Of a stretch of 64,000 nucleotides of DNA, positions 28,677-37,469 are shown piece after piece (positions within the stretch are counted from its first letter, which is position 1; the number at the start of each line of letters is the position of its first letter). The translations under genes were made by a program, and so were the position numbers. The stretch lies in the NCBI GenBank assembly GCA_033763315.1, contig JANRKS010000002.1, positions 352,001-416,000 on the forward strand. The letters run 5' to 3'. The stretch comes from Deltaproteobacteria bacterium (GTDB lineage: Bacteria > Myxococcota_A > Polyangia > Fen-1088). A model generated the notes under the pieces. That model did not search any database and was not told the DNA's origin. It worked only from the letters and a program-made list of their open reading frames with translations.

Positions 28677-29711
28677 TCAGGCGTGCGAAGCGGCCGGATT
28701 CGCTGCTTCGTACGCTGCCACGCGCGCTTTGCACTCGCTTAGTCCTGCGGCAAGGGCAGGGGGAACGGGTGCCCCTGCGTTGGCCGCAACCTTTTGCAGC
28801 CGCAAGCGCCAGTCCAATCGCTCAAGCGCGCGCACGTGGTTGAGCTGGGCTCTTGCAGGCGTCCACTGGCTCACGGCCTCCCGCAGCCGCTCTATGCCGT
28901 GATCCAGATCTATTGATTCGAACTTCAGTAAAGCTTCCGGCCACAAAAGTTCATCAATGGTTCGGCATTGTGGCGGCACCCCTGCCACGGTGACGCCGCA
29001 GGCAAGGGCGTCTGTCCAACGGGCGGTGATGTATTGCCGGTGCGGGTGAGTCTGAACGCTTGGGCTCACAGAGTTTGAAAAGCTCAGACTGAATTTTGAT
29101 TGTGAGAAGTGGGCCGCAACGATCTCCTGGTTCTTCAGTGGATCGTAGTCACCGGTTGGGCGGCCTTTGAAAGTAAGCCCTCGGGCCGCGAACGCAGCCG
29201 CCGTGGCGCTGTCGTCTTCCCAGGCCGGTGGTTGTCGCCCAATGCGACACGCGTCGACGTTGCGGTGGGCGTTCGTACTTCCCATGCGCAGGACGTCGGC
29301 TCCCCACGGCAACCAATCGACGGGTACTTTGAACTTCTGGCGCCAAGCTTCGAGATCCTCAGCTTCCGTCACATAAACATGGTCGAAAGGCTGGGCATAC
29401 CTCACGAAGCGAGACACGTGATCGACCCAGAACGAATCAAACACCCACGCACACAGGTAACGGTATTCAGCCCGCCACCGCGGTATGGCGGCAAACGCCT
29501 TCAGGGCACCAGGCGCGTGCGCGATGAATAGACAGGCCCGGTTGCCCCGCTTCTGAGGCCATAGCGCGCCAAATTTTTCGAGCCTTGAAGGCCGTTCCGC
29601 TGGAATGCGTAGGCATTTGCCTCCAAACGCTTCTGACGCCAGTTGGGCCAGGTGAAGGTAAGGGCTGTAACCATGGGGCCCGGGATCGACATAGGCGACA
29701 TCGATGATCAT
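28677..29711 (-). CDS. Putative glycosyltransferase (GT-B, CgeB/Glyco_trans_1_2-like)
   Basis: WVFDSFW, WLPWGADV, IGRQP, YITARWTDALACG, DWRLRL pattern. Confidence 0.65.
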   Translation of the reverse strand: MIIDVAYVDPGPHGYSPYLHLAQLASEAFGGKCLRIPAERPSRLEKFGALWPQKRGNRACLFIAHAPGALKAFAAIPRWRAEYRYLCAWVFDSFWVDHVSRFVRYAQPFDHVYVTEAEDLEAWRQKFKVPVDWLPWGADVLRMGSTNAHRNVDACRIGRQPPAWEDDSATAAAFAARGLTFKGRPTGDYDPLKNQEIVAAHFSQSKFSLSFSNSVSPSVQTHPHRQYITARWTDALACGVTVAGVPPQCRTIDELLWPEALLKFESIDLDHGIERLREAVSQWTPARAQLNHVRALERLDWRLRLQKVAANAGAPVPPALAAGLSECKARVAAYEAANPAASHA

Positions 29712-29835
29712 GCGGCCTGCCCGTGTGTGAGGAATCGGGTCGCGCCGTCATCGGCGTAACGAAATTCGTTCATGGCAGGCAGCGTATCACGTGAGTAGCG
29801 ATAAGTGACACCAGAGGCCCGCCGTAGATGTTTGG

Positions 29836-30774
29836 CTACGTGCGCATGAGAGCTTCAACTTCTTGCCGCGTGGGCATCGCGGGTTGAGCGCCCTTGCGTG
29901 TCACCGCCATCGCCGCCGTCGCGCAAGCGAAGCGTCCGGCGGTGGCAAGCGTTTGCCCCTGTGCCAACGCAGCGGCTAAGCCCGCATTGAAGGCGTCGCC
30001 GGCGGCTGTTGTATCTACGGGGTTAACATCGAAGGCTGGCCAATGAAAGTGCCCCGCCTCGCCCCAGTTGGCAGCCCCTTGCCCGCCCATCTTCACCAAT
30101 ACATTGCGTGCGCCTTGCTGCAGCAACGCCTGGGCGCCGGCCTGCGCCTGCGAAAGCGTCAGGGGCGCCTCCGACGGCGCTTGGTTCAACAACGTTCGCA
30201 ATTCACTTTCGTTTGGCGTGACGAAGTCGGTGGCGCCAAGCAGTGAAGCTGGCAAGGCGGTCGCGGGTGCGGGATCCAAAATGACGGCCGCCCCACACGC
30301 GCGCGCCTTGCGCGCCGCTGCGTGCACCGTCTCAAGCGGCACTTCCAGTTGCAGCAACACAAACGCAGCGTCATCCAGGAGCGCATGCACGCTGGCAAAC
30401 CGCTGCGGGTTGAAGGTTCCGTTGGCACCCGGCACCACAATGATGCGGTTCTGTCCGCCGTCTTCGATGCCAATGATGGCCACACCCGAAGACACCGCGG
30501 CATCCACCAACACGCCATCGGTGTTCACGCCCACCTGGGCCAGGTTTTGGCGAAGCCAATCGGCATGGGCATCGCCTCCCACTTGGCCCAACATGCGAAC
30601 GTGCACATCTGTGTTCATCAACAACCGGCCGGCGGCGAAGGCTTGGTTTGCGCCTTTGCCGCCAGGAAAAAGGTTGTGATCGCGCCCCACAACGGTTTCT
30701 CCCGGTCCGGGAAAACGCGCCAACCCCACCACAGAATCAACGTTCAGACTGCCAACGACCGCGATGTGTTTCAT
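29836..30774 (-). CDS. rbsK: Ribokinase (PfkB family)
   Basis: VVGSLNVD, GGKGANQA, LLQLEVP, TPNESE, VDTTAAGDAFNAG. Confidence 0.95.
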   Translation of the reverse strand: MKHIAVVGSLNVDSVVGLARFPGPGETVVGRDHNLFPGGKGANQAFAAGRLLMNTDVHVRMLGQVGGDAHADWLRQNLAQVGVNTDGVLVDAAVSSGVAIIGIEDGGQNRIIVVPGANGTFNPQRFASVHALLDDAAFVLLQLEVPLETVHAAARKARACGAAVILDPAPATALPASLLGATDFVTPNESELRTLLNQAPSEAPLTLSQAQAGAQALLQQGARNVLVKMGGQGAANWGEAGHFHWPAFDVNPVDTTAAGDAFNAGLAAALAQGQTLATAGRFACATAAMAVTRKGAQPAMPTRQEVEALMRT

Positions 30775-31745
30775 GAGCTTCTTCGGTGACGGTAATTATC
30801 AAAGATCACGGCGGCCACAATCACGATTCCTGTGACAAGCCGTTTCGCCGGCTCTTGCGCGCCCACCTGGGCCAGCCCCGTGTCGAGCAAACTGATGATC
30901 AGCACGCCGAACAGTGTGCCCGTGACGCTGGCCCTGCCACCCATCAAACTGGTGCCGCCGATGACGACGGCGGCGATCGTTTGCAATTCGAATCCTGTGC
31001 CTGCGTTTGGATCGGCTGCGCCCAAGCGTGAGGTGTGCAGCACGGCCGCAAGGCCCGCCAAGGCACCGGCGCCCATGAAGGTCAAACACTTGAGTTGGCG
31101 CGTGTTGATGCCCGCCAAGCGAACCGCTTCTTCGTTGGTGCCCGTGGCCGTGAGGTATCGACCAAACACAGTGCGCCGCATGACGAGCGACGCTGCTGCC
31201 ACGAGCGCCAGCGCCAACACAAACACAAGTGGCACCCCGGCGATGTGCGCTTCGGCGAACGCTTCAAGAGTGCCGCCGATGTATTGCGTTTGTGAGTGCG
31301 TGACGAGGTAGGTGGCGCCGCGTGCCGCTTCCAGCATGCCCAACGTGACGATGAATGATGGCAGCCGCCACTGCACCATCAGCCAGCCGCTAAGCAGGCC
31401 ACACAAACCTGTGACGGCAATCGCGAACACCGCGGCCAAGGCGACGGGCCAATGCCATTGGGTGATGGCCACGCCCACCAACGCGCCGCCGAGGCCCAGC
31501 AGCGAGCCGACGGAAAGATCGATTTGCCCCAACAACAAAACGAAGGTCATGCCCACCGCCGCCACCGTGAGGGCCGGCATTTGGCCCGCGATGGCCTGAA
31601 ACGTTCGAACGCTTAAAAAGCCGTGCGTGGCTGTGGAGAAAATAGCGATGAGCAGAGCGATGACCACGAGCATGCGGAAGCGATCGTGGCTCAAGGTCTG
31701 GCGAAGCGAGGCCGCGCGGGGCGCGGGCAAGGTATTGACGGTCAC
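30771..31745 (-). CDS. rbsC: Ribose-type ABC transporter permease
   Basis: IDLSVGS, PSFIVTLG, GTNEEAVRLAGI, IAAVVIGGTSLMGG. Confidence 0.93.
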   Translation of the reverse strand: MTVNTLPAPRAASLRQTLSHDRFRMLVVIALLIAIFSTATHGFLSVRTFQAIAGQMPALTVAAVGMTFVLLLGQIDLSVGSLLGLGGALVGVAITQWHWPVALAAVFAIAVTGLCGLLSGWLMVQWRLPSFIVTLGMLEAARGATYLVTHSQTQYIGGTLEAFAEAHIAGVPLVFVLALALVAAASLVMRRTVFGRYLTATGTNEEAVRLAGINTRQLKCLTFMGAGALAGLAAVLHTSRLGAADPNAGTGFELQTIAAVVIGGTSLMGGRASVTGTLFGVLIISLLDTGLAQVGAQEPAKRLVTGIVIVAAVIFDNYRHRRSS

Positions 31746-33286
31746 GTGTGTTGTTCCTTTGCAGCTGGGCCCGGTGCCGCAAGCGCCGCGGCCAAAATCG
31801 TTGTCTCATCAAAATCCGCGCGCTCAAGCACCCGCACGAGGCGGCCACGCGACATGACGGCGATGCGATCACAGATCGCCATCAGTTCGTGAATGTCGGA
31901 CGACGCCACAATCACTGTTTTCTGTTGCTTCGCCAGCGCGCGCAGCTGTTCGTAGATTTCGAGGCGCGCGCCCACATCAATGCCCCGCGTGGGTTCATCG
32001 AACATCAGCACCTCGGGCTTGGCCAGCAAAGCGCGCGCGATCAATACCTTCTGCTGATTTCCGCCCGACAGCTGCTTCACCGGCTGCGCAAGATCTGAGC
32101 AGCGCAAGGTCAGGCGTTGCACCATCGCGGCACAGGCCGAAAGATCCGTCTTGGCCCAAGACATCCACGACAGCAGCGACCAAGGGAACGGCCGGAAGGG
32201 TTTGGGCAAAAGCCCCAGCGTCATGTTGTCAGCCACGCCAGCGCTCAGCAACAGGCCCTGGCCTTTGCGATCTTCTGTTAGGTAGACGAGGCCGGCGTTG
32301 GTTGTTTGTGTGGTGTTGCTCGCGGAAAGCTTCTGCGCGCCGGCCACGATTTTCCCCGTGCGACGCGGGTCGGCTCCGAAGATGGCGCGCAATGTTTCTG
32401 TGCGTCCTGCGCCGATTTGACCCGCGAAACCGAAAATTTCGCCCTTGTACGCCGTGAACGCAACATCCGTTACCGCAGCCGTGGTTAACGCTTGCACCTG
32501 TAAGCCGGCTTCGCGCGGAACGTCTGGGTTCACGCGCGCTGATAACGTGCCCAACGGCCGACCGATCATCAAGCGTATGGCCTCACGTGTGTCGAGCTCG
32601 GCGGCTGGCCCCGTGTGCACAAGTTGCCCGTCGCGCAGCACAGACAAGCGATCACTGATGCGCTTGATCTCTTCGAGCCGGTGGGAAACATAAACCACGG
32701 TGGTTCCTTCCCGCCGCAAGGCGCCGATGCGTTCGAATAACTTTTCAGTCTCGTGGGCGCTGAGCGACGCCGTGGGTTCGTCCAGCACCAACAACCGGCA
32801 CGGCGTTGTTAAGGCTGAAGCGATCTCGATGGCTTGTTGTTGCCCCACACCCAGCGAGCCCGCAGGCTGTTCGGGATCCACATCTTGAAGGCCCACAGAC
32901 GCAAGGAAGGGCCGTGCGCTTTTGGCCAAGGCTTTGGGCGACAGCAATCCCCAACGCTTGTGCGCACGCAGCGACGGCAAGAACACGTTTTCGGCCACGG
33001 ACAGCGTGCCGATGATGCTTAACTCCTGCTTGACCATGCGCAGCCCCAGCGCTTCCGCCGTGGCCTTCGAGGTGGGGGCGAAAGGCTGGCCTTGCAAAAA
33101 CAGTTGGCCAGCATCGGGCCGCACCACGCCGCACATGATCTTGCCCAGCGTGCTTTTGCCCGCGCCGTTTTCACCCAACAAGGCGTGCACTTCCCCTGCA
33201 CGCAGGCTTAGGTTCACGTCTTTCAATACCGGCGCGGCATACGCCTTGGCGATGTTCTCAAGCCGTAGTAGCGGTGTGTCACTCAT
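31742..33286 (-). CDS. rbsA: Sugar ABC transporter ATP-binding protein (two NBDs)
   Basis: GENGAGKST, LDEPTASL, LSGGNQQKV, DEPTRGIDVGA. Confidence 0.94.
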   Translation of the reverse strand: MSDTPLLRLENIAKAYAAPVLKDVNLSLRAGEVHALLGENGAGKSTLGKIMCGVVRPDAGQLFLQGQPFAPTSKATAEALGLRMVKQELSIIGTLSVAENVFLPSLRAHKRWGLLSPKALAKSARPFLASVGLQDVDPEQPAGSLGVGQQQAIEIASALTTPCRLLVLDEPTASLSAHETEKLFERIGALRREGTTVVYVSHRLEEIKRISDRLSVLRDGQLVHTGPAAELDTREAIRLMIGRPLGTLSARVNPDVPREAGLQVQALTTAAVTDVAFTAYKGEIFGFAGQIGAGRTETLRAIFGADPRRTGKIVAGAQKLSASNTTQTTNAGLVYLTEDRKGQGLLLSAGVADNMTLGLLPKPFRPFPWSLLSWMSWAKTDLSACAAMVQRLTLRCSDLAQPVKQLSGGNQQKVLIARALLAKPEVLMFDEPTRGIDVGARLEIYEQLRALAKQQKTVIVASSDIHELMAICDRIAVMSRGRLVRVLERADFDETTILAAALAAPGPAAKEQHT

Positions 33287-34262
33287 GTGCGCTCGCTCCT
33301 GAAATCAAGGTTACGGGCGTCTCTTTGTCGGCCGGCGCTGCCTGTCCTTTGAGCATCAACAAAGCGTATTCGATGCCAAACACAGCCAGCTGATCACCGT
33401 GTTGATCCACCGTTGCGGCCACGTCGCCTCGTTTGACCAACGCCGACATCGCGCCAATGTTGTCAAAGCCTGCCACTTTGACGTCGTTGAGCCTGCCCGC
33501 CGCGCGCAAAGCCGATACGGCGCCCAAAGCCATCGTATCGTTTGCACAAAAGATGGCTTTGAGATCGGGATGGGCGGTGAGAAGGGCCGCGGTGATCTGG
33601 TTGGCTTTCGCCATATCCCAATTGCCGGCTTGGCTGCTCACCACCTGCAGCTTCGCGCTTGAAATTGCTTGGGCGAACCCCGCTTTGCGTTCGCGCGCGT
33701 TGGCAGCGGTGGGAATGCCTTCGATGATTGCCACCTTATCGCCTGCCTGCAGACTTTGTGTCACCACGCTTGCAGCAAGCGCCGCGCCCTTGAGGTTGCT
33801 TGGGCCCACGTAAGGCACGTGCATGTGCTTTTCCGCCAGCACGCCTTCATCGAGGCGGTTGTCTATGTTGACCACCACAACGCCGGCCGCCTGGGCCCGC
33901 TTGACCGCGCTGACCAGGGCCTTCGAATCCGCGGGCGCGAGCACCAAAGCATCCACACCTTGGGCGACCATCTGCCACACAAGATCGATCTGCTTGCCCA
34001 CGTCTTGCTCATCTTTGATGCCGTTGCTGATGAGCTCGTAGTCCTGGGCGTGGTGAAGCTGGTGTTCGCGCGCGCCAGCCTCCATGGTGCGGAAAAAATC
34101 GTTCGCCAGTGACTTCATCACCAGCGCCACGCGCGGGCGGGTGCGCTTGGGCGCCGCTTGGCAGCCAAGCAATGCGGTGAAGACCAAAGGCACAAACAAT
34201 AAGCGCCAGCAATCAGGTCTGTGTAATCGTTTACATTCCGAGGTAACGCCGTTGCGATGCAT
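33279..34262 (-). CDS. rbsB: Sugar ABC transporter substrate-binding (lipo)protein
   Basis: LVMKSLANDFF, APADSKAL, NIDN, CANDTMALGA, GFDN; lipobox LLGC. Start uncertain. Confidence 0.88.
   Translation of the reverse strand: MHRNGVTSECKRLHRPDCWRLLFVPLVFTALLGCQAAPKRTRPRVALVMKSLANDFFRTMEAGAREHQLHHAQDYELISNGIKDEQDVGKQIDLVWQMVAQGVDALVLAPADSKALVSAVKRAQAAGVVVVNIDNRLDEGVLAEKHMHVPYVGPSNLKGAALAASVVTQSLQAGDKVAIIEGIPTAANARERKAGFAQAISSAKLQVVSSQAGNWDMAKANQITAALLTAHPDLKAIFCANDTMALGAVSALRAAGRLNDVKVAGFDNIGAMSALVKRGDVAATVDQHGDQLAVFGIEYALLMLKGQAAPADKETPVTLISGASAHE
34222..34235. promoter_or_regulatory. LacI-type operator, second copy
   Basis: TGTAATCGTTTACA, a 13/14 match to the perfect palindrome at 35387-35400. 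Confidence 0.7.
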
Positions 34263-34277
34263 GGATGCCCTCACGTG

Positions 34278-35378
34278 TCAGTTTTTCGGGCGCACAAGAT
34301 CGGTCGCGGCCGATTTGCCCGCGGCGATTGCGTTTTGCCCGGCGGGATCGCCTGCTTTGGCGCCGCAGGAAGCGCGCACCACAAGTTGCGTTTGCAGCCG
34401 CACACGTTCAAGCGCGCGATCAGGATCGCGCATGCGCTCCAACAACAATCTTGCCGCTGTGGCGCCTAGTTCGTAGGTGGGTTGTGACACGGCGGTCAAT
34501 GGTGGTGAAAGCGCGGCCGCCCACGGCATATCGTCGAAGCTCACCACCGCCACGTCTTCGGGAATGTGCAACCTTCGATCGTGTAACGCCCTTAACACGC
34601 CAAGCGCGATGAAGTCCGAAGCCGCAAAGATCGCTGTGGGCGGGTGGGGAAGCGACATCAGTTTGGTGGCCGCTTCGTAGCCGCCTTCTTGGCGAAACAC
34701 CACATGGTGGATGAGCGGCGCCTCATGCGGAAGCTTGGCTTCACGCAGAGCCAACGCATAACCCGCCAAACGTTCACGCGCCGTTGAGATCTTTTCTGGG
34801 CCGGTGACGATGCCGATTCGTGTGTGGCCGAGCGCGATTAGATGGCGAATCGCCGCGGCCGCGCCTTCTTCGTTCGCCACCGTCACGCTGTCACATTGCA
34901 AGTCCGCCACGAAGCGATCGATGGCCACAACCGGGATGCCGATCTCCAAGATCTCGGTGTAGGTTTTGGCCGCGTCGGCGCCCGGCACCACGATCAATCC
35001 ACCCACGCCTTCGGCACGCAGCAGGTCGAGGTATCCGCGCTCGCGTGCGGGGTTGTCGTCAGAGTTGCCCAGCAGCAACGTGTAATCGGTGGCTTGCAGC
35101 AGGTCTTCGATGCCGCGAATCACACCCGTGAAGAATGGGTTCTGAATGTTGGGGATCAGCACGCCCACGATGCGCGACTTTTGCGAGCGCAGGCTGCGGG
35201 CCACGCGGTTCGGGTGATACTTGAGCTGGCGAGCCACGGCCCTGACCCGCTCCGCCAGGTCGTCGCTCACCACGTTGACGCCGGAAAGCACGCGCGACAC
35301 AGTGGCCGTGGACACCTTGGCTTTGCGAGCCACGTCCCGTATAGTCACTTTCTGCGTCGCGTCGGGTTTGCGGGGCAT
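34278..35378 (-). CDS. rbsR: LacI-family transcriptional regulator
   Basis: TIRDVARKAKVSTATVSRVL HTH, YHPNRVARSL hinge, PLTAVSQP; ATG at 35378 (MPRKPD). Confidence 0.92.
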   Translation of the reverse strand: MPRKPDATQKVTIRDVARKAKVSTATVSRVLSGVNVVSDDLAERVRAVARQLKYHPNRVARSLRSQKSRIVGVLIPNIQNPFFTGVIRGIEDLLQATDYTLLLGNSDDNPARERGYLDLLRAEGVGGLIVVPGADAAKTYTEILEIGIPVVAIDRFVADLQCDSVTVANEEGAAAAIRHLIALGHTRIGIVTGPEKISTARERLAGYALALREAKLPHEAPLIHHVVFRQEGGYEAATKLMSLPHPPTAIFAASDFIALGVLRALHDRRLHIPEDVAVVSFDDMPWAAALSPPLTAVSQPTYELGATAARLLLERMRDPDRALERVRLQTQLVVRASCGAKAGDPAGQNAIAAGKSAATDLVRPKN

Positions 35379-35386
35379 GAGAGCAT

Positions 35387-35400
35387 TGTAATCGATTACA
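35387..35400. promoter_or_regulatory. LacI-type operator (autoregulatory)
   Basis: Perfect 14-bp palindrome TGTAATCGATTACA with central CG, extended by GCA...TGC flanks, 8 nt upstream of the regulator start codon. Confidence 0.8.
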
Positions 35401-35484
35401 GTGCGGTTTTCCACGCTCCGGTCTGTCTTTTTCATGCCCGCCCTGCTCTCTCGCCCACACGCGGCTTTCGACGCGCTGTTGCGG

Positions 35485-35500
35485 CGGCACGTGTTGTGCT
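35485..35500 (+). promoter_or_regulatory. Putative sigma-54 promoter of the Glt-like cluster
   Basis: CGGCACG-TGTT-GTGCT: GG-N10-GC spacing with GGCACG, about 130 nt before the ATG at 35628. Confidence 0.45.
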
Positions 35501-35627
35501 TTGATGGATCCGCCTTCGCGACGATTTCGCGGCGGATTCAAGGACTTACGTGGCCAAGCTGGACCTGCAAGACGCAACTAATGACGAGCGGCGTGACTCA
35601 AGTTACGCAACCAACGCGCCGAGTTAC

Positions 35628-37469
35628 ATGCGGATGCCGACCATGTCCCAGGGCAGCCCTCGGCGTCGGGGGAAAGCGAGCTTGTGCCTGTCGCTATTCT
35701 TGGCGATGAGCCTGGGTGCCAGCGTGGCCCGCGCGGCCCCTGTGGACGAGCCGCTGCCTTCGTATCTTGAGGCTTTGGAGAAAGCCGGCCGCCTGCCGGT
35801 GGAGACAGCGACGGCCGAGCGGTTGCGTGAGCAGGTGATCGAGGCCGAGGGCCTGCTGGCTCGTGGTGACGAGCGCGCGGCGACGGCCGTGTTGTTTGGT
35901 GTGGTTGAGGCGCCCCGCTTCGCTCCGCTGCGTGCGACGTTGACGTTCGCAAACGCTGAGTTCCTGTTGGGTCGGGCGCTGGCGCGTGGGCACGCTTATC
36001 AGGGGGCCACCCGCTACCTGCAGCGCGTGATGGCTCGGGGCGTGCGCGAGCCTTATTTTGTGCCCGCCTATCGCACGCTGGTGGATATGGCGCTGCAAAA
36101 TGGTCGCTTTGCTGAAACCTTGGCGGTGCTCGACGCCGCCGCGCCGGGCGCTTCCCTGCCCACTGACAGCGCCAACGAGCGCGCTTATCTCGCGGGCCGC
36201 GCGCATTGGGGGCAATGGCAAACCGCAGACGCGGCTTTCGCCATGGTGGGGGAGTCGTCTCGTCTTTACCCAGCGGCATTGTATTTTCGCGCGTTGATCG
36301 CGGTGGAGCGCGGTGACTATGCGCAGGCCAAAAATGCCTTTTGCAAAATCGCAGACCAAAAAGATCAAAGCAAAGTGACGTTCAACGTCGACGAACGCTT
36401 CTTTCGGCTCAAAGACATGGCGCGCGTGGCTTTGGGCCGCATCGCACACGAGCAGGGCAAGTATGACGAGGCTTACTACTATTACTTCTCAGTACCGGAA
36501 GAGTCCGAGCGTTTGAACGCGGCGCTGTTCGAGGCCTCGTGGTCCATGTCGCAACAGGGACAATTTGCGGCGGCGCGCGCGTTCGCCGACCAATTCGATC
36601 GTTTGTTTCCGGGCTCGCCCTTGCGGCCCGATGTGTCCTTGTTGCGCGCGAACCTCGCGGTTAAGACCTGCAACTTCGACGGCGCACGCGCTGAGGCCTC
36701 GGCATTGGTCGCGCGCTACCAGCCCGTGGCGGCGCTGGCCGCCAAGGTGCGGCAGGACGAAAGCGAACGCGAACGTTTGCTCAAGCGTGTGCTCGACGGC
36801 AATGATCGTCACAACCAAGACATTGAAGGCCAGTTGATCGAGGTCCTGAAACTGGATGACGAGTTCCGTGAACTCATCGGCATGTTGGCTGACCTCGAAG
36901 GCGATCTGTCCGAGGCACTGACGTCCGTGCGCACCTGGCGCGAATTGGGCGCCCTCACAAAGAAGAACAACAAGCAGCTGCCGGCACCCGCCTCGGTGGA
37001 GGCAGCCGCTGTGCTTGAGGATGCCAAACGCTTGATGGATGAGGCCAAGCGCGATCGTGCCTTTGTGAAGCCGCTGGCACAACTCATCCTTGATGCCACG
37101 GCCGCGGCTTATCCCACCGCCGACGCTGGTCCTTATGAACGTGAGGCCGCCCAGGCAAAAGAGCTGGCGGCCCAGCTGGCCGATCTGCGCGACGACACAT
37201 TGCAAACGTTGCGAACGATGGTGGTATCGGCGCTCGAAGAGGCGGACGATCGGCTGCGCGGCGTGCTGGCCAAAACCAAGCTCGTTCACATCGACGCTGT
37301 GGTGGGCAAAAAGAAGAAGCTTGAGATTCAAATTGGTGCGCTTGTGGAAGGCCGCATTCCGATCGAGCTGCTGCAGAAAATGCAGGCCGAAGGCACCATC
37401 GCCGATGACGAGATCTACTGGCCGTTCGAGGGCGAGCAGTGGGCGGACGAATACGAGAACTATCGATGA
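35628..37469 (+). CDS. gltC: Periplasmic TPR protein, GltC-like
   Basis: Signal peptide ending VARA, TPR motifs, C-terminal IYWPFEGEQWADEY resembling the GltC-type tail; first gene of a coupled operon. Confidence 0.72.
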   Translation: MRMPTMSQGSPRRRGKASLCLSLFLAMSLGASVARAAPVDEPLPSYLEALEKAGRLPVETATAERLREQVIEAEGLLARGDERAATAVLFGVVEAPRFAPLRATLTFANAEFLLGRALARGHAYQGATRYLQRVMARGVREPYFVPAYRTLVDMALQNGRFAETLAVLDAAAPGASLPTDSANERAYLAGRAHWGQWQTADAAFAMVGESSRLYPAALYFRALIAVERGDYAQAKNAFCKIADQKDQSKVTFNVDERFFRLKDMARVALGRIAHEQGKYDEAYYYYFSVPEESERLNAALFEASWSMSQQGQFAAARAFADQFDRLFPGSPLRPDVSLLRANLAVKTCNFDGARAEASALVARYQPVAALAAKVRQDESERERLLKRVLDGNDRHNQDIEGQLIEVLKLDDEFRELIGMLADLEGDLSEALTSVRTWRELGALTKKNNKQLPAPASVEAAAVLEDAKRLMDEAKRDRAFVKPLAQLILDATAAAYPTADAGPYEREAAQAKELAAQLADLRDDTLQTLRTMVVSALEEADDRLRGVLAKTKLVHIDAVVGKKKKLEIQIGALVEGRIPIELLQKMQAEGTIADDEIYWPFEGEQWADEYENYR

